From: Eledone cirrhosa
Taxonomy: Eukaryota
Length of the DNA stretch: 64,000 nucleotides
Direction: 5' to 3'
NCBI GenBank assembly: GCA_964016885.1
Contig: OZ024752.1
Coordinates: 5,580,001 to 5,644,000 of the forward strand
Of this stretch, positions 38,226-51,512 are shown piece by piece (positions within the stretch are counted from its first letter, which is position 1; the number at the start of each line of letters is the position of its first letter). A model generated the notes under the pieces. The model saw only the letters and a program-made list of their open reading frames with translations. It ran no database searches and was not told where the DNA came from. The position numbers and the translations under genes are program-made.

Positions 38226-41200
38226 TGTGTGTTGTATTTAGTTGTAAACCATCTCCCTATGCCATGTGTAGTATTTAGTTGTAAACCATCTTACTATGTC
38301 ATGTGTTGTATTTAGTTGTAAACCATCTTACTATGCCATGTGTTGTATTTAGTTGTAAACCATCTTACTATGTCATGTGTTGTATTTAGTTGTAAACCAT
38401 CTTACTATGTCATGTGTTGTATTTAGTTGTAAACCATCTTACTATGTCATGTATTGTATTCAGTTATAAACCATCTCACTATGTCATGTGTTGTATTTAG
38501 TTGTAAACCATCTCACTAAGTCATGTGTTGTATTTAGTTGTAAACCATCTCACTATGTCATGTGTTGTATTTAGTTGTAAACCATCTCACTATGTCATGT
38601 ATTGTATTTAGTTGTAAACCATCTTACTATGCCATGTGTTGTATTCAGTTATAAACGATCTCACTATGTCATGTGTTGTATTTAGTTGTAAACCATCTTA
38701 CTATGTCATGTGTTGTATTTAGTTATAAACCATCTCACTATGTCATGTGTTGTATTTAGTTGTAAACCATCTCACTATGTCATGTGTTGTATTTAGTTGT
38801 AAACCATCTCACTATGTCATGTGTAGTATTTAGTTGTAAACCATCTCACTATGCCATGTGTAGTATTTAGTTGTAAACCATCTCACTATGTCATGTGCTG
38901 TATTTAGTTGTAAACCATCTTACTATGTCATGTGTTGTATTTAGTTGTAAACCATCTCACTATGTCATGTGTTGTATTTAGTTGTAAACCATCTTACTAT
39001 GTGATGTGTTGTATTTAGTTGTAAACCATCTCACTATGTCATGTGCTGTATTTAGTTGTAAACCATCTCCCTATGCCATGTGTAGTATTTAGTTGTAAAC
39101 CATCTCACTATGTCATGTGTTGTATTTAGTTATAAACCATCTCACTATGTCATGTGCTGTATTTAGTTGTAAACCATCTCCCTATGCCATGTGTAGTATT
39201 TAGTTATAAACCATCTCACTATGTCATGTGTAGTATTTAGTTATAAACCATCTCACTATGTCATGTGTAGTATTTAGTTGTAAACCATCTCCCTATGCCA
39301 TGTGTAGTATTTAGTTATAAACCATCTCTCTATGCCATGTGTAGTATTTAGTTGTAAACCATCTCACTATGTGATGTGTTGTATTTAGTTATAAACCATC
39401 TCACTATGTCATGTGTTGTATTTAGTTGTAAACCATCTTACTATGCCATGTGTTGTATTTAGTTGTAAACCATCTCACTATGTCATGTGTTGTATTTAGT
39501 TGTAAACCATCTTACTATGTGATGTGTTGTATTTAGTTGTAAACCATCTCACTATGTCATGTATTGTATTTAGTTGTAAACCATCTTACTATGTGATGTG
39601 TTGTATTTAGTTGTAAACCATCTCACTATGCCATGTGTTGTATTTAGTTGTAAACCATCTCACTATGTCATGTGTTGTATTTAGTTGTAAACCATCTTAC
39701 TATGTCATGTATTGTATTTAGTTGTAAACCATCTTACTATGCCATGTGTTGTATTTAGTTGTAAACCATCTTACTATGTGATGTGTTGTATTTAGTTGTA
39801 AACCATCTCACTATGTCATGTGCTGTATTTAGTTGTAAACCATCTCACTATGTCATGTGTTGTATTTAGTTATAAACCATCTCACTATGTCATGTGCTGT
39901 ATTTAGTTGTAAACCATCTCCCTATGCCATGTGTAGTATTTAGTTGTAAACCATCTTACTATGTCATGTGTTGTATTTAGTTGTAAACCATCTCCCTATG
40001 CCATGTGTAGTATTTAGTTGTAAACCATCTTACTATGTCATGTGTTGTATTTAGTTGTAAACCATCTTACTATGCCATGTGTTGTATTTAGTTGTAAACC
40101 ATCTTACTATGTGATGTGTTGTATTTAGTTGTAAACCATCTTACTATGTCATGTGTTGTATTTAGTTGTAAACCATCTTACTATGTCATGTATTGTATTC
40201 AGTTATAAACGATCTCACTACGTCATGTGTTGTATTTAGTTGTAAACCATCTCACTATGTCATGTGTTGTATTTAGTTATAAACCATCTTACTATGTCAT
40301 GTATTGTATTTAGTTGTAAACCATCTTACTATGTGATGTGTTGTATTTAGTTGTAAACCATCTCACTATGTCATGTATTGTATTTAGTTGTAAACCATCT
40401 TACTATGCCATGTGTTGTATTTAGTTGTAAACCATCTTACTATGTGATGTGTTGTATTTAGTTGTAAACTATCTTACTATGTCATGTATTGCATTTAGTT
40501 GTAAACCATCTCACTATGTCATGTGTTGTATTTAGTTATAAACCATCTCACTATGTCATGTGCTGTATTTAGTTGTAAACCATCTCACTATGTCATGTGT
40601 TGTATTTAGTTGTAAACCATCTCCCTATGCCATGTGTAGTATTTAGTTGTAAACCATCTTACTATGTCATGTGTTGTATTTAGTTGTAAACCATCTCACT
40701 ATGTCATGTGTTGTATTTAGTTATAAACCATCTCACTATGTCATGTGCTGTATTTAGTTGTAAACCATCTCACTATGTCATGTGTTGTATTTAGTTGTAA
40801 ACCATCTCACTATGTCATGTGTTGTATTTAGTTGTAAACCATCTCACTATGTCATGTGTTGTATTTAGTTATAAACCATCTCACTATGTCATGTGCTGTA
40901 TTTAGTTGTAAACCATCTCACTATGTCATGTGTTGTATTTAGTTATAAACCATCTCACTATGTCATGTGCTGTATTTAGTTGTAAACCATCTCACTATGT
41001 CATGTGTTGTATTTAGTTGTAAACCATCTCACTATGTCATGTGTTGTATTTAGTTGTAAACCATCTTACTATGTGATGTATTGTATTTAGTTGTAAACCA
41101 TCTCACTATGTCATGTATTGTATTTAGTTGTAAACCATCTTACTATGCCATGTGTTGTATTTAGTTATAAACCATCTCACTATGTCATGTGCTGTATTTA

Positions 41201-41462
41201 GTTGTAAACCATCTCACTATGTCATGTGTTGTATTTAGTTGTAAACCATCTCACTATGTCATGTGTTGTATTTAGTTGTAAACCATCTCACTATGCCATG
41301 TGTTGTATTTAGTTGTAAACCATCTCACTATGTCATGTGTTGTATTTAGTTGTAAACCATCTCACTATGCCATGTGTTGTATTTAGTTGTAAACCATCTT
41401 ACTATGTGATGTGTTGTATTTAGTTGTAAACCATCTCACTATGCCATGTGTTGTATTTAGTT
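38226..41462. repeat. 37-bp minisatellite, about 87 copies (TMEM115 intron 1)
   Basis: Unit TTAGTTGTAAACCATCT(C/T)ACTATGTCATGTGTTGTAT; period 38281->38318. Confidence 0.98.
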
Positions 41463-42394
41463 CAACCCATTTCTCTATTCTGTAAACATTCAAATCTCTC
41501 CTCTCAGTGCAACTCCTGTTATCTCATGATATCAGAATACAAACAGTCAGAGACAGATGCTACAAAGCATTATGTCTGACACAATACTCTGCCTTGAATT
41601 GATACTGATTTTATTGGCCCTGAAAGAATGAAAGGCATGGTTAAGGTTAACAGAATCACAACTCCGGCTGCAGCTAGTCAGAACAAATATTGCAAGGCAT
41701 TTTATCTGATGCTATAATAACTCTGTCAATTTGTTACCTTACATTTTATATTATTATAATTGACAAAAAGTGCCCAATCTTCTCTGTAAAGTGGTCAGGT
41801 TGGTGCCATGACAAAAAGCACCCAGTCCATCCAATAAAGAGATCATGTTGGTGACCTGACAAAATGTCCTGTCCACCCTGTAAAGTGGTCGTGTGGTGAC
41901 ATTACAAAAAGCACTTTGTCCAACCTGCCTGTTAGTCATTTTGGAGCCATGTTAAAAAGCACCCATTCCACACTATGTGGTTGGCATTAGGAAAGGCACC
42001 TAACTATAGAAACCAAGCCCAAAACAGTTTTGTATGAGCAAGACAGTCACCTGGTCTGACTTGTCTCATAACAGGACAAATCATCTATCCCATGATAGCA
42101 TGGAAAATGGACATTGTGATGATGATCATTTTCATCATCATCAGTTTTATGTTGTTATTTTTTTCATGTTGACAGATATTTTTATATAATATATATGTTT
42201 GTGTCAATAGATATCATCCTGATAATTTTAAGTCAAGTTTTTCATGCTTGCCTACGTTGAACAAATATACATAATGTATTAAGGGTGAAACTGAGCAGAA
42301 GAGGGATCAAATGCTGTATGCAGAAGAGAAAGAAGACTGCAGTGGTGTGACAGCACCAACATGGTCGACAGCAAGCCCACAAGGGATTTGTCAT

Positions 42395-43055
42395 GGTCAT
42401 CCAGTGCGGGGCTCCAAAAGTATGATTCTGCTGTGTGAAGGGTTCAGTGTGGCCAACAGTCTTGTTTCTCCCCATAGCGATGTTATCCAGTTGCGGGCGC
42501 CCAGATTGTGATTCCGCAATGAGAAGGATTTGTCGCAGCCACGGTCTGTAAATGCGTTTCCTGAGCTGTGGTCTGCTGTGAGAAGGGATCGGCGCATTCA
42601 CTGGCCTGTCCCTCCTCATAGTGGTATCATCCAGTGCTGGGCTCCGATGATGTGGTTCCGCTATGAGATGGGTTCGGCGCAATCGCACGGCATCCAACAC
42701 CTGAACTCAGGGTCCATTGTGTGAAGCTTTCGGCGTGGCCAACAGGCCTGTCCCACAATATAGAGCAGTCCCGGGCTCCCAAGTCAGTAGTGGTGTCATC
42801 CAGCGCCAGACTCCCAAACTGTGGTTCCACACATGTCCCTCCTCATAGCAGTGTCATCCAGTACTGGGCCCCAAAACTGGTAACATTATGAGATGGGTTT
42901 GGCATGGCCAACTGACCTGTCCCTCCTCATAGCAGTGCCATCCAGTACCTGGCACAAAACTATGGCTATGCTGCGAGATTGGTGCCATCCAGTACCGGGC
43001 TTCAAAACTATGGTCCCACTGTGAGATGAGTTCTGCACAGCAACTGACCTGACCC
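42395..43055. repeat. Diverged GC-rich tandem repeat, about 85-bp unit, following an RTE ORF fragment (42245-42350)
   Basis: Recurrent TCATCCAGT..GGGCTCC.AAA..TGTGGTTCC..TG.GA.GGGTT..GGCCAAC..CCTGTCCCTCCTCATAG motifs. Confidence 0.75.
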
Positions 43056-43475
43056 CCCCCCTCAAATTTAGTCCTTGTCAGAGCAAGGTACGGCGTAACT
43101 CTGGCCAGACTCTCACAGTATATGTTACAGTATGTCTTTATATGTGTTTATGTATGCGTCTATGATGTTTGTATGTATGATGTTTATATGGATGTGTATG
43201 TTTGTATGTATATATGATGTTTGTATGTAGATTTGTATATATATATGTGTGTATGTTTGTATGTATATATGTGTAGTGTATATGAACACATTTTATGTGT
43301 TGTATGACTATGTATATGCATGAAAAGATATATCTAGATATTTATTTAATTAAAGTTATTCTGTGCTATATACATGTGATGCAGGCCTTGTGAGATTTTT
43401 TAGAGGAAGAATTAAACATTATTGTAACAACAGTAGATCTGTTGACAAAGAGTGCGAAGGATCAATAATATATAA

Positions 43476-43508
<33 letters not shown>

Positions 43509-44059
43509 ATATTGTTATACTTGGGGAGGGTCATATTTGTGTAATAATATTGCCAGAATTAATAACAGAACACACTCACTGTCTGGTTGGTTTTCGCTTC
43601 TGTGTCTTTTAAATCGGTTAATTTAATTTATTCGGTCCTCAATGTTGCCATTGACTGACCAACGGTCAAAAATACAGATACAATATAGACGCAAACACAT
43701 ATATATAGTCTATCAAAGTTCTTTCGTTGCACATCTGCAAAATCGTCAGTGGTGCTATTATGTTTCCCCCGTTGCATTGTATGCCTACGCCATCATCGTT
43801 TAACGTCTATTTTCCACACTAGCATGGATATAGACGGGTCGTCCCATTTAAGGTAAGTTGAGTCAAGTGACCATGTCTTACTCATACAGGACTGTTTCTG
43901 GCTTGGTTTCTACAGCTATGTCCTTCCTAACGTCAACCACATTTACAGTGTGTGTTGGGTGCTTTTTGTTGTGACACACAACCATTTTACAATGTGGGCT
44001 GGATATGTTTTGTTCAGTGTAAAGGTGATGTGAGCAGGAGTGGTTAACAGGTGCCTACT

Positions 44060-44302
44060 AGATGTATATTTGGTATTCATGCCAATCGCTGAACAGATTT
44101 TACAGGCAAAATCAACCGGTAGGAGACCCAGGAGTTGACCTCAAAGAAGATGGTTGGATAATATCTATGAGCTTGGCTGGTGTTGCTTGGAGATCCAGCC
44201 AGATCAGTTGGAGACGGTTGCTTCTGATAGGACACGCTGGAAGGAGTGTTTGAGGACTCTGGCCCCACAACCCTCCCAGGAATAAGTGGGTGAAGAAGAA
44301 GA
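44060..44302 (+). mobile_element. LINE 3' end with (GAA)n tail
   Basis: Reads PVGRPRS...RWLDNI...VASDRTRWKECLRTLAPQPSQE* across frameshifts. Second copy at 8783-8990. Confidence 0.7.
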
Positions 44303-44744
44303 GGGAGGGTGTGTGTGTATATATATACATGCATGTGTGAATATATATATATGTATATATATATAAATCAAAATGGATGAAGTAAAAACCTGTTAGACCA
44401 CAACCCACCAGAGTACACAATACTTGGGTAGTAGAGTGTGGTGTCCCAGCACATTTATATATATAAACTGAGAATTCTAACGGCACAATAACAGTTTACC
44501 AGATCAAACAAAGTGCTGAACTTTTAGTTTATGTTCTCTACTTGTCTCTGACTTGTAAATAAAATATACAATCACAGGAAAGAGTATAAAGTCAACAGAA
44601 CATGTTTAAACAATAACTGGCTAGCATGAACCAATACAAGAACAACTTTCTATATTAAATCAAATTACAACCAACTGAAGAACAAAAATAAAATTAAATA
44701 TAAAGTGCTACATATTAGGAATTTGTAAGAAACCTACATAACCT

Positions 44745-46350
44745 CTATTATATTGGGTATAACTATTATATTGGGTATAACTATTATATTGGGTATAACT
44801 ATTATATTGGGTATAACTATTATATTGGGTATAAATATTATATTGTTTATTGTAGTTATAACTATTATATTGGGTATAACTATTATATTGGGTATAACTA
44901 TTATATTGGGTATAACTATTATATTGGGTATAACTATTATATTGGGTATAAATATTATATTGGGTATAAATATTATATTGGGTATAACTATTATATTGGG
45001 TATAACTATTATATTGTTTATTGTAGTTATAACTATTATATTGGGTATAACTATTATATTGGGTATAACTATTATATTGTTTATTATAGTTATAACTATT
45101 ATATTGTTTATTATAGTTATAACTATTATATTGGGTATAACTATTATATTGTTTATTATAGTTATAACTATTATATTGGGTATAACTATTATATTGTTTA
45201 TTGTAGTTATAACTATTATATTGGGTATAACTATTATATTGGGTATAACTATTATATTGTTTATTGTAGTTATAACTTATATTGAGTATAACTATTATAT
45301 TGGGTATAACTATTATATTGGGTATAAATATTATATTGTTTATTGTAGTTATAACTATTATATTGGGTATAACTATTATATTGGGTATAACTATTATATT
45401 GTTTATTGTAGTTATAACTTATATTGAGTATAACTATTATATTGGGTATAACTATTATATTGTTTATTATAGTTATAACTATTATATTGTTTATTATAGT
45501 TATAACTATTATATTGGGTATAACTATTATATTGTTTATTATAGTTATAACTATTATATTGGGTATAACTATTATATTGTTTATTATAGTTATAACTATT
45601 ATATTGTTTATTATAGTTATAACTATTATATTGGGTATAACTATTATATTGGGTATAACTATTATATATAATAAATTGAAGTGAAAGCAACTGGTGCGTG
45701 TGTTTCTTATTGGCAACATGACCCTCCCAAAGTATAACAATATTATATTGTTTATTATAGTTATAATTATTATATTGGGTATAACTATTATATTGGGTAT
45801 AAATATTATATTGTTTATTATAGTTATAACTATTATATTGGGTATAACTATTATATTGGGTATAATATTTATATACACAACTTTAGAATGTTATTACATA
45901 CTATATTGGGTATTGTATTTATATATACAGCTTTATAGAGTTATTACATATACTATATTGTGTATAATATTTATATCTACACCTTTATAGTTATTGTATA
46001 CTGTATTGTGTATAATATTTATATCTACACCTTTATATAGTTATTGTATACTGTATTGTGTATAATATTTATATCTACACCTTTATATAGTTATTGTATA
46101 CTGTATTGTGTATAATATTTATATCTACACCTTTATATAGTTATTGTATACTGTATTGTGTATAATATTTATATCTACACCTTTATATAGTTATTGTATA
46201 CTGTATTGTGTATAATATTTATATCTACACCTTTATATAGTTATTGTATACTGTATTGTGTATAATATTTATATCTACACCTTTATATAGTTATTGTATA
46301 CTGTATTGTGTATAATATTTATATCTTATTGTATACTATATTGTGTATAA
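44745..46350. repeat. AT-rich minisatellites: 18/27-bp units (44745-45870) and a 50-bp unit (about 45950-46350)
   Basis: Units TAACTATTATATTGGGTA and TAACTATTATATTGTTTATTGTAGTTA, then TATAATATTTATATCTACACCTTTATATAGTTATTGTATACTGTATTGTG. Confidence 0.96.
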
Positions 46351-47169
46351 TATTCCATTAATTATCATATTATTATGTGGAATATGTGATTATTGTATAT
46401 ATTATATATGTGTATATTTTTATTCAGTGAGAATTATAAAAAAAATTGTAATGTTATATAATTGTCAATAAATTATAAAAAATGCTTTGTTTTGTTTTTC
46501 GGATCAGCATGTCGTACTTTCTTGTTAGAAAAATATATTGAAAGTAATTTTAATTATTCAAAATGCATATTTTTTAAAAAGTTGCTGCTGGGACGGAAAC
46601 AAAAGTTGTTTTTCATCAATCCTCTAATATTTAAAATATATCATTTTTCAACATTTAGCAAGGTTTCATCTTCCAAGTCGTTAATTTCTTGCTTACAGTT
46701 GTTATTAATAACACAAAAGTATATTTAATATTTACTAACAGATCAAATTGATCTATAATTAAGAACTTTTTAATGAATATTGATCAGTAATAATTATATC
46801 AACAAATAAACACTAAACATTGGAATTATTTTATAAAATAATAATAATAATAATTTCACAATCTTTTACAAAAGTAACAGAATATAAATAGTGAAGAGCA
46901 AAACTAAAACCCTTTTCAATATTTAATGGTCCGAGATTATATCCTACAAGGATCGACATGATCTTTTATCTCCTTCGAAGTCACTAACAAGTATTTTGGA
47001 TCACTTAAAACTTGACAACTTTCCGACCTGGCCATGGACCCCTTCCTAAGGGATTTTGTTATCTGATTCCACACAATGTTTTAATGTTAGAACAAAGCCT
47101 AAAACAGGAGATAATACAATGATAATGTTTCCAGACAGTCTTTCTTCTGTCGTATATTGTTTCTACTGA

Positions 47170-47775
47170 AAGGCACAAGGCCAGCAATTTGGGGGAAAGG
47201 GAAAGTCGATTAAATCGACCCGTGTATTACTGGTACTTTATTTTATCGACCCCGTAATGATGAAAGGCAAAGCTAACCTCAGCGAAATTTTAACTCAGAA
47301 CATAAAGGGCCATAACTCTGTGCCACAAAGCAGGGTGTCCGCCGACGCTCTATCGATTGAGTCGTTTAATAATATGAAATCTAAAACCAAACACAATAGT
47401 CGAATGTATATTTTAAAAAAGGTAGATCGAAACGTGCCGGACATGAAATGACGAGCTTAAGAGGGCCAAACTCCACCCGAAATATATTAGAATCAGTTCC
47501 ATGGACCACATTGTATCCCTATATAAATTGTCTAAATCTTATCCCGGATGTTCGTGGCGTTAAGCGACTGAGAGTACAAGACTTCCCCCTGGATAGGACA
47601 CCAGTCCATCGCAGGGTTAACTCCCAGCTATTGCTCGACTCATTTTCAGGTGAATATACTGAAGCAACGTGAAATAAAGTGTTTTGCTCAAGAACACAAC
47701 ACACAACCAAGTCCAGGAATTGAATCCATGACATTATGATCGTAAATCTAACACCCTTATCACTAGCCTACGCAC
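47170..47775 (-). mobile_element. Two SINE copies (47170-47360 and 47520-47775) of the two families seen elsewhere
   Basis: Strings GGCACAAGGCCAGCAATT...TTAACTCAG and GTGAAATAAAGTGTTTTGCTCAAGAACACAAC...GAATTGAATCC. Confidence 0.8.
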
Positions 47776-48330
47776 TGTCACCTATACAAACTGGCCTAGG
47801 GCTTATCCAAGGAAACCAATATTTAAGAAAGGAAAGGCAATGATTTGCTAGAAATGACAGAGTCTCGGATTAAATAAATTCTTTAATAGTATTTAGTTTC
47901 AGGAATGAAAACCAGGATTGATTCCTTTCATCCGACTGAAAACATGTTTAAAAGAAAACTGTTGCTTTTGCTGAGAATTTGGTTATTTTCGGGAGATGTA
48001 AACATCACCGTATTCCGTGTTATACTATTATGTTGTACCTGTATAAATCATACGTGTTCCGGCTATACTTTTCCTTTCATCTTTCAGGGGTCGATAATAT
48101 AATGGTTTATTTATTTAAGCTACAGTTGAGATCGAAGCAGCGCCTATGTTTTCAAAAATCATTATATTTTATAAATAGTCATAATACAACTTGGGCGACT
48201 GCAATCCACTTTCAGTTGTTTTTGTATATAAATTAGATTAAATAAACAGCGACGATTATTTTCATCATAAAATCAAAAACAAACAATAAACAATGACACA
48301 ATTTCAGTGTGTTTTAAAATAGTAACTTAC

Positions 48331-49034
48331 CTGGCGAAACTAAAGTTATCTGCCATATCACCACGATTCCCGTTGCTATGTTTCTGATAAAACCTGAGGT
48401 AGACCCAGCTGACAACAATCCCCCATCCAAACATGAAGGGGTAGGGTCCATCCAATGCTCCGATCAGACGTAACGAGACTGACAGCAACAGCAGTAAAAG
48501 TGGGATGTGTGTGTTACGGAGTTTTCCAAGAGGTGATGTCACTAGAATGTGATCAGGCATCACTTGTTTAACGGCAACAGAAAATCCTGCAATATATCCA
48601 GGGAGACCATGAATGTGTGTGTGAAACAAATACATTTCTTTCCGACTCACGAAGTAGATAACAATGTAGAGAAAAGATGTAAGTAATGCCACGCCCACAT
48701 TGACTACCACAAAAAAGACAAGCATGTCCAATGTTCCCCATAAGGGTTCCAAAAGTTTGCCACACAGTATAAGTACGGCGACATCAATAATAACATCCCA
48801 GAAGTGGACTTCGACAAAACAATGTGTCGCGTAAGTCCAGATCCAGAAGTTTGGAGGCATAACATATCCAGGAGTAACAGTTAAATAAGGAATGGCAGCA
48901 TTAATAAACGATAACAGATACCCTAATGTCACTGCGACGGCTACAAATTTCACAACAATACTACTCTTTCCGAAAGCGACAGAGATTTGTTCACGTATCA
49001 AAGGTAAGTTTCTCTCCACCACGGGCGTCGCCAT
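48331..49034 (-). CDS. TMEM115: TMEM115 exon 1 (Golgi rhomboid-like pseudoprotease)
   Basis: ATG GCG at 49034. Encodes LTVTPGYVMPPNFWIWT, GKLLEPLWG, VAVKQVMPD and SWVYLRFYQKHSNGNRGDMADNFSFA. Donor AG|gtaagt at 48331/48330. The three exons total 1122 bp (373 aa plus stop). Confidence 0.97.
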
Positions 49035-49080
49035 CTTGTCGTTATTTGCAACCCAAACAACTACTTCCGGCAACTTCCGG
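49029..49080 (-). promoter_or_regulatory. Putative TMEM115 core promoter: two ETS motifs plus YY1-like motif over the ATG
   Basis: CCGGAAGT twice (49080-49073 and 49070-49063, 10-bp period) and AAGATGGCG (49037-49029). Confidence 0.65.
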
Positions 49081-49549
49081 TACAATGGCCACAATGTTTT
49101 CATCTGTCAACAACAATATAAATGTTATTTCTATCAAACTTATTATATATCACTGCCTTTTTATACTTATAAACATCTTTATATTGATTTCTTCTCCATA
49201 TTGCTTTAATCCAATGTAATAGACTCATTAAACTTCTGTTTATCATAATTATTCGCCGGTGAACGACTCAGTCTTTAGTTTCTCATCGATTAACAGATGA
49301 AACTAAACAATTTTCAGCAATGTCACTTCACCTTCAACATATTCAACATATAGTCAATCTCTCAATCATTAATACAAATACTAAATTATTTCTTAGTAAT
49401 ACTTCCTCCATTTCGAACTTTTTATTTTAATCATCTGTCGAATACAACTTGTGACATCTGTTACCTCTCTGACATCTGTTACCTCTGCGAATTATAAAAA
49501 TAGTATTTATATAGCTCATTGAACAATAACTATAAAGGAAAGGGTGGGG

Positions 49550-49905
49550 TAATTCACCACTAAATGCGACAATCGGCCGCACATCACATCATAAAGTAAA
49601 TCAACATGTTCGCAGCGTTGCCACAGGTGAGGACGAGGCTAAGGCGCTGAAACAGTCAAGCACCCTTATGTGCATCGCCTGACACCTTGAGTAAGGTGAG
49701 CCGCCAGTGATGACAAGAACTTTGCTGACAGCGGCCCGACTCAACAGGCTGCAAAAATAATTATTTGATAAGTCCAGGTATTTACGAATTTTATTCCGTT
49801 TGGCAACGGAAGCAGTGACTCCCACGTTTACCTCAGCCTCCATGATGTGGGAGGGAGCAAAAGAGTCACTGACTGTGGCGTCCCAGATGAGACACCTACC
49901 TCTTA
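49550..49905 (-). mobile_element. CRE-like (restriction-like endonuclease) non-LTR retrotransposon 3' fragment
   Basis: Reads RGRCLIWDATVSDSFAPSH...KRNKIRKYLDL...LFQRLSLVLTCGNAANML, the typical RLE-domain C-terminus (WDAT, K..KY, QRLS....GNA). Confidence 0.8.
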
Positions 49906-50149
49906 AAACTTGCTAACATCAACTACTAGTGGTGTCACGCACCATATGCCTTAAAAGTGTCAACAGCAAACAACAATATTATCTTAAAACATAGATAATC
50001 AGTCGAGAAGTAAAATTCTTGGCTATTTTAATAAGAGGCAGTGAAGATTAAATTGATAAGACCAGATCTCACTTTACAACGATCGGTCGTGGGAAAAGAG
50101 GATGCTTGTTGGATTGAATACACAAGCACACAGGTAGAATATACTATAT

Positions 50150-50700
50150 ATATTTTTTTTCTAGGGTGGAAAAGATCCATGGATGAGTTCTCTCCAGCAG
50201 TCTCTGTCCTTCATCATTGCCGCCATGTCATCAATATATGTCATCCTCAGTCTCCCTCTTCTAGTGTGTCCGTGTAGGGCTCCTACAGGACCACTGAGTT
50301 TATGTCAACTCTGAATATCTGTGAGCATGTCCAGCTAACTTCAGTCTCCTCTGTTACTTTGGTCAGTGTCCAAGTCTCAGACCTGTACAGCAGCACAGAC
50401 TCCACTGTAGCAATGAAGAGGCGGATTCAGGTCTTTATGAAGGTCCGACTTCCACACTGACCTTAAACTGTGACACGCTGCCCAGGCTTTACTCTTCCTC
50501 TCCACCACATCATCCTCTCTGTTCCCAATCTTTGCTCATAGATACAGTAATTCCTCAACCAACTCTAGTGGCTTCCTGGTTCTTAATGTTCTCTACCAGA
50601 TATTTTGTCTTACTCTCATTCATTCTCAGCCCCACACTCATCGACACAGTCTCTTCCTCCTCTGCCTCCTTCACTGTGTTTGTCACCATCTCTACCGGCC
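50150..50700 (-). mobile_element. Degenerate RTE-like LINE 3' fragment with poly(A)
   Basis: Minus strand reads VGLRMNESKTKYL, IATVESVLLYRSETWTLT, RRLKLAGH and MMKDRDCWRELI. Confidence 0.75.
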
Positions 50701-51029
50701 ACCTCCCACAGCCCCATTAGGCTACAGTGCTCCTCTGGACCTTGTCAATGGTAGCACCCACTTTGAGAACCCCTGATTTATATGATGCAGGCATATGGTC
50801 AGAGGTATTCCGCCCTTTTTATATTTAGGACATACTTTTTTGTGTTCTTTTTATATGGTCATGATTTTAAAGAATCCAACTGCTATTTCTAGCAGTGTTG
50901 CTTCCTCTATAGTAGTGTGAGGTTTTATGTTGTATTTGGAACTAGTAAACTGTATACTACCTCTGCAGTCACCCTTTACCTGTCTCTAAAGCTTTGCTCC
51001 GTTCTTTCTCACCTACAGATGCTAACAGC

Positions 51030-51350
51030 AACTTACTGACACTGCGGTGAATGTGGGGGGTCTCTGCTTCCGTTGCCAAATGAAATAAAATTCGAAAATA
51101 CCTGGACTTATCAAATAATTATTTTTTCCAGCCCATGGCTTTCGAGATGTTTGGTAGAGTTGGGCCACTGACAGCAAAGTTCTTGTCATTGCTCGAGGCT
51201 CACCTTACTGAGATGTCAGATGATACCCGTGAGGGTGCCTGGTTATTTCAGCACCTTAGTGTATTGGCTTGCCTCCACACGTGTAGTTAACCCCTAAGGT
51301 GTGATGTGCGGCTGATTGTCGCACTTGGTGGTGAATTGCCCTCACCCCTC
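51030..51350 (+). mobile_element. Second CRE-like 3' fragment, inverted relative to 49550-49905
   Basis: Reads KIRKYLDLSNNYFFQPMAFEMFGRVGPLTAKFLSLLEAHLTEMSDDTREGAWLFQHLS. The nucleotide sequence is the reverse complement of 49552-49835. Confidence 0.8.
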
Positions 51351-51512
51351 TTTTTTCTTTCCTTTATCATTTTTGTGCTATTTCAGAGCACAAATCCTAA
51401 TACCTAATTTTTGCTGGACTGGCAATTGCTCAGTATACTCAGCTTCTGATTATTACTGGAATTCTATAAGAATCCAGCTTCTATAATTTTTGGCGAAAGC
51501 AGGGGTGTACGT

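Noticed and set aside
28448-41462. 28-, 20- and 37-bp arrays as CRISPR repeats
   Set aside because: No spacers; eukaryotic intronic or intergenic context.
44753-45990. Hydrophobic ILGITI-repeat membrane protein ORFs
   Set aside because: In-frame only because the units are 18/27 bp; intronic AT-rich minisatellite with no splice or start context.
49035-49103. 23-aa N-terminal extension of TMEM115 from the upstream ATG
   Set aside because: It overlaps promoter-like ETS motifs, and the ATG at 49034 has the stronger context (AAGATGG). Not excluded without TSS data.
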